NCBI GenBank assembly: GCA_964016885.1
Contig: OZ024758.1
Coordinates: 3,348,001-3,412,000, forward strand
Source of the DNA: Eledone cirrhosa
Lineage: Eukaryota
Direction of reading: 5' to 3'
Length of the DNA stretch: 64,000 nucleotides
Shown: positions 27,481 through 40,120 of the stretch, piece after piece
How positions within the stretch are numbered: position 1 is the stretch's first letter
How the letters are laid out: every line of letters starts with the position of its first letter
Notes under the pieces: model-generated
What the model was told of the DNA's origin: nothing
Database searches by the model: none
The model's input: only the letters and a program-made list of their open reading frames with translations
Made by a program: the position numbers and the translations under genes

Positions 27481-29324
27481 TATTATAATTTTCTTTATGC
27501 ATAATGTGGAATAAACTTGTATGGTAACCTAAAATATTGAAAATATGGGACGTTTGAACATGGGATGAGTAATAACCCCCATCAATCATATGTCGGGCGA
27601 AGGCGTGACCAGGTGCTAAGTTGTACCTGGTTACCAATTACAGTCTTTTAGAAGTGTTCAACCTGTAGCTAAGAACTTGAGCTAAGAAAAAAATTAAAAA
27701 TTGAAACATAGTCCTCTCTACGTAAATTATAACGAAGGAGCCGTTCACTATGAAGAATAGATAAATGTCTGTAATAAGATTTATAGTGAACATCTACCAA
27801 TATATTAATTTACTTTGGAGGAGATTAATTCAATTGTCATGGTTTCTTGATGGTTTATATGTCAGCCGGATATTCAATGAAACTAGTATATTCAATGGAT
27901 TTAGGAGACAGGTATGAATATGTGTTTACCTTACTAGTATCAACATCGATATATTAAATATTTATGATAAAATAGTAGCACTTTGTATGGCAACGATTGA
28001 CACATATTTATATGAGGTTATATGCCTACATCGATTGCTATAATTAATTCATATTTTATACGTATAAATATCAGAATTAAACAATAAATATATTTTCCAA
28101 TAAAATATGAATATTTTGTATAAAATAGAGATCATATATAATTTCTTCTTCTCATATTCACGTATATGGTTATTACATTTTAATAAATATTCTATAACGA
28201 TATATCCTCTTATTTATCATAAGTACATGGGACTATTGAAAAGGTTTTCCAGCAAAGCCTTTCGTCGTATGTAAGACATAACTTGCTAATATTTATTGTG
28301 ACATTGGTAAAAAGGTTTATATAGTTTTGTCAGTAAAGGTATAAACATTTATTATGGTGTCATTCCGGTAAGGGGTTTCTCGAATCGTCAGAATTCTATC
28401 CTAACAAGAGCCCAGGAATATATCGAATTAAAATGTGAACTGTATGTACGCAAGATTTTCTGACGCAGGACACAACTACCTTTTTCAAGCCTGACTAGTT
28501 CTTTACAATATATACATATATATATATATTCTTGATAGAACTGTACACCATAATCATCTCATTACGTACCAAACATAATCAATGTCATAGCCTTCATATA
28601 ATTTACTCTCCCATATTATATAAAGAAATATTGATCAGAATTGGGTTGGGCGACGTCATTTACGCATATATTACTAGTAAATGCTATAAACCTTATATAA
28701 ATCACAAAATCCTTCTACTTACCTTAGATAACTTCTCTGAAATATCCGATACGTTTCGCACATCAAGAAGATTTATCAACATTTCCATAACAATGGGTGC
28801 AATTCTGATTGCAAAACGATAGCACACATGTTTATGAATACATATATGTAGTATTCTGAAATACAGGTATTTACACATAATTACCGACAGGTTTGTTTGC
28901 TATTTAAAATATATATTGCGTTGTCTGACTAACAGTCAAAGTATATAATAAAATCATATATCTATATATACAGACGAGAAATAACCAAAGATGTGTCAAT
29001 GTTTATACAAAGGTACACATTTTCTTATATAGACATGTAAAAGTATCTATAATATATATATTACCTTGTGCCTTAAGAAGCCGATATAGACAATCTCATT
29101 TACAGATGTATATTGTGAATATGCTTTTCATAAAAGTTCAAATAGGCTTGAAAACCCATTGAATGTGTTGTTTTTAATGTCATGTTTATGTCATGTCTAT
29201 ATCTGAATATGTGTAAATTCATATGCATATTTACGCAGTTTAACCGACTCCTACCCTATAGATTTGTACCGGCATAGTCTACCAAAACCTTCAGCTGCTA
29301 AGCGCACAGTCCTATATATATATA

Positions 29325-29535
29325 GTGGGAGAACACTGGAATGTAATATCCGTAGTGGTAGAGCACTCAGTCCAGGGGACGAATTAGGTAGAAGTGATTA
29401 CAAAACAGTTACTTCACCATACCGAGAACAATTGTTTTACCTTAGCGTATCATAAGCTCATAAAGTAGGATCCGATAAGGTGAAACAATTGTTCTCGGTA
29501 TGGTGAGCTAACTGTTGTGTAACCACTTCTATAAC
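29325..29535. mobile_element. Insert between (TA)n runs with a ~63-bp inverted repeat carrying a decayed hammerhead (family C)
   Basis: 29389-29451 (TAGAAGTGATTACAAAACAGTTACTTCACCATACCGAGAACAATTGTTTTACCTTAGCGTATC) pairs with 29469-29531. Contains GAAAC-AATT-GTT-CTC. Confidence 0.65.
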
Positions 29536-29536
29536 A

Positions 29537-29579
29537 ATATATATATATATATATATATATATTGTTATATTTAGGGATG

Positions 29580-29637
<58 letters not shown>

Positions 29638-29652
29638 TATATATATAAATGA

Positions 29653-29697
<45 letters not shown>

Positions 29698-29712
29698 TAT
29701 ATATATAAATGA

Positions 29713-29781
<69 letters not shown>

Positions 29782-29800
29782 TATATGCATATATATATAT
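29537..29800. repeat. (TA)n with a duplicated AAATATATATATATAAATGAGC unit
   Basis: Direct inspection. Confidence 0.9.
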
Positions 29801-31029
29801 ATTCATATTCATACTAACACGTGCGTGTGTGTTTCTTTGCGTGCATTAATATATATAAGAGTGTGCAAATCTATTCACTTCTAAGTTTCTATTCTAAAAA
29901 AAAGTTCAGGAATGACTGTGCTGGAAGCACAGTTTATAAAAACAGAATCACAGGGATTTTTCTTCTTTAAATTAAGATCATCTAAATGTGTTTTAATGAA
30001 AATAGTAAGGAACAATCACATATATATACGTCTAAACACGCGCCATCATATATACCCCCACATCTGAGATTTTTTTTCATTTTATATATCTTGTTTCCAC
30101 ACACAATACGTATGTCTCTGTATGTGATTCTGTATATATGTACGAATTTTTTTAATGTGAATATATAGTTTGGTTTCTTTATCCCGAAGCATATTGCATT
30201 CATTATCCGTTTATTGGATACACTTTTACAAAGAACGCAAAAGCGTTGATTTCTACCTGAGGAAGTTTGTTTGTTATATTCTTATTTTAATGATTTAAAG
30301 TTAGTTTATTATTTTGTATGTGTTTCTCTTTTTGAAAAGAATATGCAACTCTCAGGTGTTAGGAGAGGAAAAGACATTAACAAAGAAATAGCATTAGAAA
30401 TAGACCTGAGCTAGAAAAAAGAAAAATCAATATAAAAAAACAGACATTACATAAATGAATAAAATTGGAAAAATCCTACAACTCATTGATTGAGTTTGTG
30501 AAGTAATATCAATAATGTAAAGTGATATAAAAGTATAAATCTAAATTTAAAAGTACCAGCAGCAAAATAATGAACACGCCGCACCATTTCCAACAATGGC
30601 TATTATGAAATACATTCGATTAGTTTTTCTACTATACGTATAAATCGCAAAACCCAAATCGTGTCATTCCATTCATGAAAAACAGTATAAAAAATATGTA
30701 TGTAACTTCCTTCGTCGGAAAGAGTATTGAACACGCAATGTTAGGGAAAAAGGCGACTTCCCCTCAAAAAAGCGAAAATAACAAAATGGAATTGATTAAA
30801 TTTGGTCGGGGAATTCATAATGAACTGATTAAAAAAGAATGTATGTTCCAGAGAAAGACACGTGTTGGAATATATAAATGTACATAAAATTATATCTAAC
30901 AAGGTCAAATAAAACTAATAATTCATAAGTGATATTATATAAATAAAGCTGTAAGAAAATTCATAAATTAATAACGGCATGTAACTTAGCAGAACGTAAA
31001 TTAAAATATTTTATAATATTCAGTATATA

Positions 31030-31148
31030 ATTGTTTCTACTTTAGGCACAAAGCCAGCAATTATCCAGTGTATTACTGGTACTTTATTTTATCGACCCCA
31101 TAAGGATGAAAGGCAAAGTCAATCTCGGCGGGATTTGAACTCAGATCG
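31030..31148 (-). mobile_element. 5'-truncated SINE A with 15-bp TSD
   Basis: TATTCAGTATATAAT at 31017-31031 and 31149-31163. Confidence 0.92.
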
Positions 31149-31364
31149 TATTCAGTATATAATGATATAGAAATGGGAATATGGTAGATGACTATTGAAG
31201 AAATTCTGTCAAATTGTTTTAGATGTCAATAAACAATGCGTGTACGCAAAACATACAACATCGATATAATCGAATAATATTCGATTTTCGCATCAAATGC
31301 CTCCGTCCAAATGCATACACATTGCAGTGAATATACCAATATACAAACAAACACACACACACAT

Positions 31365-31405
<41 letters not shown>

Positions 31406-31493
31406 ACATGTATATAAATAAATATCAATGTATATGTATATAAAATATATATATAAATATTCATATATAAATACATGTACATATTAATATATC

Positions 31494-31531
<38 letters not shown>

Positions 31532-31845
31532 ATATATATGAACGAGTAGGACCCCGAGGGCTGAGCTCAAGCCGTTTCGACGGCTAATTCTACTACCCTA
31601 AGTATTGAGTACTTTGGTGCGTTATGGTCCACCTGGTTCCTTACCACATTTCCTTCGTTCAAACAGCACGGACACTCTATCTCAAAATTATTTTTGAAAA
31701 GCATTTAGAAATGCGCAACCGGTAAAAACTTAAAAACTTAAAACCACAACTGAATACTAACCCATACAATCACTAATACTCTTTTATTCCTAATTAAACC
31801 ATTTTTCAACTGTGAACAATTTGTCAGCATGTTCTATTCCGTTTA

Positions 31846-31849
<4 letters not shown>

Positions 31850-31902
<53 letters not shown>

Positions 31903-31911
31903 ATATATACG

Positions 31912-31968
<57 letters not shown>

Positions 31969-31977
31969 ATATATACG

Positions 31978-32035
<58 letters not shown>

Positions 32036-32039
32036 TACG

Positions 32040-32115
<76 letters not shown>

Positions 32116-32119
32116 TACG

Positions 32120-32193
<74 letters not shown>

Positions 32194-32200
32194 CATATAT
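31850..32200. repeat. (TA)n with four higher-order ACATATATACGTATATG units
   Basis: Direct inspection. Confidence 0.93.
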
Positions 32201-33589
32201 TTATTACTGAGAGAATTGTGCTGTCAGTCATCAGAGATTCCTTGTAGACGTTTCTAATACAAGTCGCCGTCTAGATTCTCAAATTAGACCATGTAAATAT
32301 ATTGATATTACTCAACCGGTTCATAACCTGTTCACTTGTTTCCTTAAATTATGTATAGTGAGTCTTACCTTAGAAATTCTAACTTTATGTCAATATTAAG
32401 ATCAATACAACATAAAAGGCGCTGAGCTGGTCAGCCACATGTGTGAGCCTCGTGAGATGGAATGGCTCTTCCAGCGCATCTAACCATCCTCCAAGGAAAC
32501 GTCTTCTCCTTTCTGTCCGCCGGAGCCCAGCACGTATGACCTCATTTGCTCACCATACAGAGAGATGGAAGCGATGACAGTTTAACTATATTATCATTCG
32601 GACTGTCATAATAGTAACAATTGTTTTCCACCATTTATATGTATTCTACGTCAACTGAATGATGGATGAATATTTTACACAGTTCAAAACTCTGGTAGTT
32701 CAGATCAAATAATTAAGTGTTTACACTTCATTCTTTTCAAAGCAATTTTCTAATTAAAAGAGTATAGCTATATCTATTTTAAATTTATATTGAATCATCT
32801 ATTATTAATTTTAACAATGGGCCAGACTGATGTAAATCTGTTCATCGATTGTTTCGTTACATATTTTAACCACATATTCATACGGAAGATCTGACATCTC
32901 TCAATGAAGAGAAGCTGATGGCCTCTAGAACGATAACCCGAACTTCGAAATTCTCAACCAATCTAGTAAAGAAATAAGAAGAGAAACGTAAAAGAGGGTA
33001 TGTTAATATTGCTACATTTATGCAGTTTATACAAGCAGTCTGTATATATAATATGATTAAAATATTTTCTTTGTGGCTACTGTTGCTTTAGAAATAGTGT
33101 TACGTTGTAAAAAAAAAAGAAATTGAGAGATAATTTTTTTTACGCGATACTTGTTTCTGGTTGTTTTTGTCTGTTTACTGAATTACTCATAGCAGATATT
33201 CATTTCTCCATTACATTGTTTGGCATGAAATAATTCGTTATCTGTCTTATCGTTTCACAAATTGTTGATTTCATAATTTATTTTAACCACGAATATATTG
33301 GACTGTTTCCTTTATAATGTGTAATGATTAATTTTCTACAATCGCAAATCACATCTATGGCTGTCCGTTCGGTTTGATTACAGACACATCTGGCAGATGT
33401 AAATACGTCAAAACAGGACAAACTGATGAAATCAAATCTTCTGATAACATAGAAATAAATTAAGTTATAAAATATTCTCCAGAGATAAATACATATTGAA
33501 ACAAAATACGTTGTATCTAGATCGGTGCCGTCCTTTGTAGTCGTCTTCAAATTGAGGCAAATTAACCACGCGAGAAATTTCAATACATG

Positions 33590-34180
33590 TGTGTGTGTTT
33601 ATGTTTGTTTGTATAGATGTATTTATATGTATATATGTATGTATATATATATATATAGTTGTATGCGTATGTACAGATGTATGTGTATTTATAGCTGTAT
33701 GAGTCGGTGTATCTATATATGTATGAGTAGATGTATGAGTAGATCTAGGTGTAGGTCTAGCTGTATGTGGATGTGTAGGTGTAGATGTGGGTGTAGATGT
33801 ATGTACATGTATATATGTATGTATAGATGTATGTACATGTGTAGATGCATGTGTAGTTGTATGTATATGTGTAGATACATGTACAAATACATGTAGATAT
33901 ATGTAGATGTATGCATAAATATATGTATATGTGTAGATGTATGTGTAGATACATGTGTGTGTATGCGTGCATGCCAGTATATTTGAATGAGTTTTATATA
34001 CACCATTCAAACTTAGAAAAGTGGATCCTAAGTATCAAAACTCAACCTTCCAAAATGTACATATCAATACACACACACATACACACACACATATACATAC
34101 ATACACACACATACATACACACACAGACACATACATACTGACACACACACATACATACAGACACAAGCACATACACGCAC
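33590..34180. repeat. Degenerate TGTAGA/TGTATG hexamer repeat and (CA)n block
   Basis: Direct inspection. Confidence 0.85.
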
Positions 34181-35189
34181 AATGGCTAAACGACAGCAAA
34201 TAGACGATATGTGGGTATGCCAACACATTTTGGATATCGAATAATCTCCACAGCAAAAATAAACTACTTAACACACGGACATCATTTTCGTCGCGATGTC
34301 CTCACATTTCAATGACCCTTCAAAGGTGGGCGAGATTTCACGATGCGTTGGATAATATGTTGCAGACAATATCTCGTTTAAGTTCTAAAACGTTTGGTTA
34401 AGTATGAGAACCAGCGATACGATAATCGATATGTGCAAATATACTATGATAGATGTAGAATATTCCACGATGACTTTAGAATATTCCATGATAGATGTAG
34501 AATATTTCAAGACGGTAGTTAGATTGTCAGTAGCGGTTGAAGCAGAATCATTCCCTCTTTCGGAAGAGAAATGAACAATATTTATATTACATTTCCACAT
34601 CTGTATTTTAAAGATGGGACCACTTCAAAGTCATCATTTTTCAATAACTATATTGGTTTAAATATAAACAATTCAATAAGGAAAAAATCACAACAATAAA
34701 AAAGAAATCATACAAAATATATAAAGTGGGGAATCGAAAACAAAAGAAATGAAAAAAAAAAGGATATTCATTGGTATATAATAGGGCAGGACTAAATGAA
34801 ATTATCAATTATTTATACACATTAGTTATAGAATTCAAAACCAATAACGAGTAAACTCTACTTCACATGGTATAATCCAACGTTTGTATTCCCCAATTGT
34901 TTTGCTAGAAATCCATTTCCAATGGGCCCCTTGCTAATCTTCTATTCATAGGATAAACAGAATGATTTATTTATTATTCTTTATTCAACACATTATTTTT
35001 TTACGTTATATTAGCGAGGTATATTCTCGAAGATTACTGAATGAAATGAAGGAATGCCCAGATAGAATATGATTCAAATATTTTCCATGGATTATTATTG
35101 GAGACTTCTTTCATATTTGTTTTATTTGTAAAGATAGTTTTTCTTATGACATTGGAAAAGATTTATCCTTGCCTTTCTGGTGCTACTAA

Positions 35190-35424
35190 TACCACTGTTA
35201 CTGATACTACTACTGCTGCTCTCCTACTACTACTCGTTCTACTACTACTAACACTAAGATCACTACAGCCTCAATCACCGTCACCAGCCCAACTACCACC
35301 ACAACTATTATTACTGCTACTACGATCGCTAACACCACGGCTACTACAACTACTACTACTACTAAGACAACCAGCACCACTAATAATAATATTGTTGTTG
35401 CTACTACTAATATTACTACTAATG

Positions 35425-35479
<55 letters not shown>

Positions 35480-35500
35480 GTATTATTATCATCATTACTG
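35190..35500. repeat. Degenerate (CTA)n trinucleotide repeat
   Basis: CTACTACTA runs; these explain the poly-L and poly-S ORFs. Confidence 0.9.
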
Positions 35501-36110
35501 TCTTTTGATACCTGTTGTATCTAGCTAGGCCACTTTTCAAAAGGATTTGTCAACCAAAAGACGGCGATGGTGCAAAAGAAGACATTTGAATCTCCATTAA
35601 ATGCCTAAGCGCTGAATCCTGGTTTTTATTAAAAGAGCGATGAAGAAATAATCTCGAATGGTGGAAAATTTATCAATTCTACAATACCAGCATGAGAAAA
35701 TGTGCATCTGTGATTTCGAGTTAATGTTACTGCCAGTTCATTATATCACAAATATTTGCAAATGTTCCTAGAGATATGAATAGAGAATATACAAAAGCGA
35801 TAATGCAATGTTTTAAAGGAGAAGATTTACAAAGTAAAACAACCTGTATATATTAGTAATACAAAATTGGACATGACGAGTATGTAAACGTATTCTCTAT
35901 TTAGAAATTATTTCGATGAAACAATATAGAGTGTAAGTGTCGTAGAAATTCGATTGGAGAAAATAGGTGTTTCAAAATGCTTGAGATAACGATCCGTAAG
36001 TATCTGTAAGTAGGGTTAACGATTTCCATAGAACACTTATTTAAGTAGGTGTTCCATAGATATTAATTATACTTAAAATCTGTTCAATGTTGGTAGAATA
36101 TCATGCGGTA

Positions 36111-36673
36111 ATAATTGTTTCATCTTTTGGCACAAGGCCAGCAATTATTCCGGTGCATTACTGGTACTTCATTTTATCGACCACGTAAGGATTAAAGGCA
36201 AAGCTAACCTCGGCGGGATATGAACTCACAATGTAAAGGGCCATAACTCCATACGGAAAAGCATGGTTCCTGACGATCGACTGATAGTGTCAAACCACCC
36301 TACCGTAATAATTGTTTATTCTTTTGGTACAAGGAAACAACAATCATCACAATGCATTACTGGTACATTATTTTATCGTCCCTGTAAGGATGAAAGGCAA
36401 AGCTAATCAAAGAAAACTCTATGCTGCAAATCATGGCGTCTGACGCTCTACCGTTACTGCTAAACCACCATACGGCAATAATATAATTGTTTCTACATTA
36501 GGCACAAGGCCTGCAATTATCCCAGTGCATTACTGGTACATTATTTTATCGACCCCATAAGGATTTAAAGGCAAAGCTAACCTCAGGGGAGATTTGAACT
36601 CAGAATTTAAAGGACCATAACTCCATGCTGCAAAGCATGGCCTCTGACGCTCTACCGATAGGGCCAAACCACC
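36111..36673 (-). mobile_element. Head-to-tail trimer of SINE A (36111-36299, 36308-36469, 36485-36673)
   Basis: Three consensus copies, separated and bracketed by four versions of (A)T(A/G)C(G/C)G(T/C)AATAAT. Confidence 0.92.
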
Positions 36674-37060
36674 ATACGGTAATAATATAATAAATATGTT
36701 GGTCTCTAATGAAGACATTTCCTTTACAACATATTCTCATTCAACATATAAGTAGTCTATAGTTCAATATACTTGCGCCCGACTATGGAATACTAATGTG
36801 TATTTAATTATATATAAACATGTTCAAACGTAGATTTACGTAAGGTTAAGTGCATATAGCTAGTATATAACAGATGGATTCCTTATAACACGTATATATA
36901 AATGGATGATTATATTTATTTTTATTGCATATTCACGTAAGAGTGAGATGATGAAGACGTTTATATGTTGCCTTCATTCAAATCTAATTTTCATTAGATG
37001 GTTTTTCTTCATATTATATTATATTGTTTTGTACGTATACCATTTTGTTATAGATGAGAA

Positions 37061-37270
37061 CGGTAGATTGGAAGTATCGTGACGGAGATTATGCTTTGCG
37101 ACATAGACTTACTGCCCTATACATTCTGATTTTAAATCTCACCGAGGTTTGTTTTGCCTTTCATCCTTACGAAGTCGATAAAATAAAATAACAGTAAGAC
37201 ACGGGCTTTGATCTCATCTATTTGGCCCTTCCCAAAAATTGCAGGTCTTGTGCGTAAATCAAAAATTATT
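37061..37270 (+). mobile_element. SINE A long-3' variant, diverged
   Basis: GGTAGATTGGAAGTATCG..TTTGCCTTTCATCCTTACGAAGTCGATAAAATAAA..CCCTTCCCAAAAATTGCAGGTCTTGTGCG. Confidence 0.8.
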
Positions 37271-38007
37271 ATTTTGCTATGTTACATGTTCCATTATATC
37301 AACTAAGTCAGATGTTTTTAATATGTAATACATATTCTCACATCGTGGTATATATATATTAATACTAATTCAGCCATTCACAGCTAGGTATAATATTAAC
37401 CTGAGTAACATCGTGTATTATGTATAAAATGGACGAGTGAGTAAATGTTTGCTAGTATAAAATTTGTGTATCGCGGGTTACAAATATATTAGAAAGAGAC
37501 CCATTATTCGGCGTTAAAATCAGCAGAACACTAGAATGATGGGGCAATGTGCTTGTGTATGCTGGTAGTTCTGGCGACCATAGAACTATATACTTTTTAC
37601 TTTCCTGACGTATAAATTCCTGGTCTTCTTCATATCCATGGGTCTACCATACGTGACATTCTCCTCCTGTGAAATTTACATCTAATTGTTACCTGACTGT
37701 AAAGGTTTTATCCACAAACCATTCGTTTGCAGGTTTTCAGATGAGTTCACACGACTTCCAAAATATTTTGTCATAAATAGGCATTCGAACATCAAGTTTA
37801 ATTCCAATATGTGTAGACAATTACGCAGTTAGGTTCAATTGTTTTTAAAGTGGTCGATATTTAGTCATACAATTTCATGCCATAGAAAAAGAAAGGATGG
37901 GAGATATTTCTGGATTTATTCCTATTGTTATAATGATTTGAGAGTAGTTAAGCTAGAGAGTTTAATGAAAGGACGAAAACCAGCACAGAGCAGTTATCAT
38001 TATGTAT

Positions 38008-38114
38008 AATCCTGCCGAGGTTGACTTTGCCTTTCATCCTTACGGGGTCGATAAAATAAAGTACCAGTAATGCACTGGGTATTTGCTGGCCTTGTGCCTA
38101 AAGTAGAAACAATT
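38008..38114 (+). mobile_element. 5'-truncated SINE A followed by (TATG)n
   Basis: AATCCTGCCGAGGTTGACTTTGCCTTTCATCCTTACGGGGTCGATAAAATAAAGTACC..GTAGAAACAATT. Confidence 0.9.
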
Positions 38115-38184
38115 ATGTATGTATGTATGTATGTATGTATGTATGTATGTATGTATGTAGTATGTATGTATGTATGATTGTATG

Positions 38185-38570
38185 TTGTCAAGGCAGAATT
38201 CTAGGAGAAGGAAAACTCTGATATAACACCTGCAACCCTGATGGTATCTAATGATGTTGACTTGTTCTTCTTTTTGGTAAATGTCTTGGTTAAGAGAGTG
38301 GGACTGGCTCTGTGCAGTGCCTTTGCTCACTATAAAAGCTTCACGGCACAGGCATTGCTTTATATCTGGAGATCTCTCTGCACTTGTCGTCACATGGTTC
38401 CATGGGCCCAGCACTATGTGTCAATAATTGTCACAAGTGTAGTGTTTGTACCAGAATTTTCAAGTCGCTGGCTGGACTAAAAAGTCACACTTGTTCAGCG
38501 CATCGGTAGGAGTTCTCCTACATGGATATAAAGTAGTGGCCGTACTCGAAAAGGAGTTGGCAGCCACCAT
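38185..38570 (+). mobile_element. Non-autonomous retroposon family F (RTE-UTR-like)
   Basis: The distal ~225 bp is repeated in reverse at 45912-46134. Contains CTAGGAGAAGGAAAACTCTGA (recalled RTE 5'-UTR motif). Ends in a GTGGC..ACTC-loop-GAGT..GCCAC hairpin plus an ATGT-rich tail. Confidence 0.7.
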
Positions 38571-38699
38571 GTATGCATGTATCTATGTATGTATCTATAT
38601 ATGTACGTATGTATGCATAAAGGTCAACCGCCACCCCAAAATGAGTAAATATGTATATATATATATATGTATGCATGTCTATATATGTATGCATATGCG

Positions 38700-38895
38700 C
38701 GAGGACATAGATAGAGTCGGGCTGGATACCCGATCGCGCGGTTAAACCATGGGAATGTAGGACCCCTGGGGCATTCTTCTAGGAAAAGGCAACTCAGGAA
38801 ACTGGGATAATTCCGACATAACTCCGACATAAAATAGCTATTGTCCCTCAGATAGTTGGATTGGCTCAGTGCACAGTCTTTCCTCACTTAAAAAC
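38700..38895 (+). mobile_element. Probable RTE-UTR-like repeat fragment
   Basis: GC-richer island with CTAGGAAAAGGCAACTC (cf. CTAGGAGAAGGAAAACTC at ~38202), ending CCTCACTTAAAAAC. Confidence 0.35.
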
Positions 38896-40046
38896 AAAAT
38901 TCTTCACGCACATCCATTGCACGATAACATGAAATGATAATTATTAATAATGTTATATCGGGCAATAGTCATACTCGATAAGGAGTGGGAATCCATCATT
39001 GATGTATGTATTTATGTGTGCATATACATGTGTATCAATTTATGTAAATATGCATGTACATTACGTATGTATGTAAATGTACATGGATGAATGTGTAAAT
39101 ATGTTTGCATGTACTCCCCGGCAGCTATGGCTACTAACGTCATTATCGAGTTTTCTCAACTTAATATTTCATGGAACCATTATCCATTTTGATCATGTCC
39201 ATATATATTGATGTTGATCAATAAATAATTCATCCATTACATTATCTGACCTTTCCTTTCTTACCTGGCTGATGTTATGCCATGGCTTATCTTCAACTAT
39301 AATTTTATACCATAGCAATACTCACAGGAAATATATCCAGACTGCTGTAAAACTCGTTGTTTAATCGACGGTGTCTGATGAGTTCAATCAAATCAATATT
39401 CTACGTCAATAACCTCAATTAATCTTCTTAATCGATACATCAATAGTATTTTTTTACAATAGCCACAGACAAAGTTGCATCAATAAATTCACGTTATTTT
39501 ACATTTTCCTGTAATTCAGCGTCGCTATTACAAAGCATTATTGTCAATTAAAGATGCTAGATTAAATACACGACCGTAATTCGACAATAAAGGTAATAAA
39601 ATTAAACAGGGTAACGAAAACCAATAAATTAGTAACAGATCTTGTGCTATTAACCCATCATCAATAAGGTTTGAAAAGTAATCTTTGATCGCTTATCCCA
39701 TATAAATGACGTCATTGTAAATCGCTTTGATGATCAGCTTTTATATTTGCCAATACGTGATCTTGTTCAGTAACCTTTGCTATTAATCTATAGAACTGCC
39801 GTTGTATAATTTAGTTATTCAATGCTGGATCACTGTTCTGATAAACTATAAATTATAATGGTGGCTGTTTAAAGTGGCCGATATATATGTAAAATATGAA
39901 ATCTGTTTAATCAATTACACTACTATAAGTTCAAATTTCCTGTGTTATCGTAGCATAATTACTTTTCAGTAATTTGAGGGTAATAACCTTATGATATTAA
40001 CTACATATTGCGGATTTTTCAGTAATTCATTAACATTTATTGAATG

Positions 40047-40120
<74 letters not shown>

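Noticed and set aside
31540-31610. GCCGTTTCGACGGC (GAAAC on the minus strand) next to (TA)n, suggesting another hammerhead
   Set aside because: No CUGANGA core upstream; at most a truncated remnant.
33332-33463. Plus-frame peptide ANHIYGCPFGLITDTSGRCKYVK (EGF-like C-P-x-G..C spacing)
   Set aside because: An in-frame stop lies just upstream, with no AG acceptor or ATG, and only two cysteines are present.
35098-35540. Poly-Leu and poly-Ser ORFs resembling a membrane or mucin-like protein
   Set aside because: Fully explained by a degenerate (CTA)n repeat, with no splice or domain support.
36103-36690. CRISPR-like repeat-spacer array
   Set aside because: The 'spacers' are near-identical SINE copies, the context is eukaryotic, and there are no cas genes.
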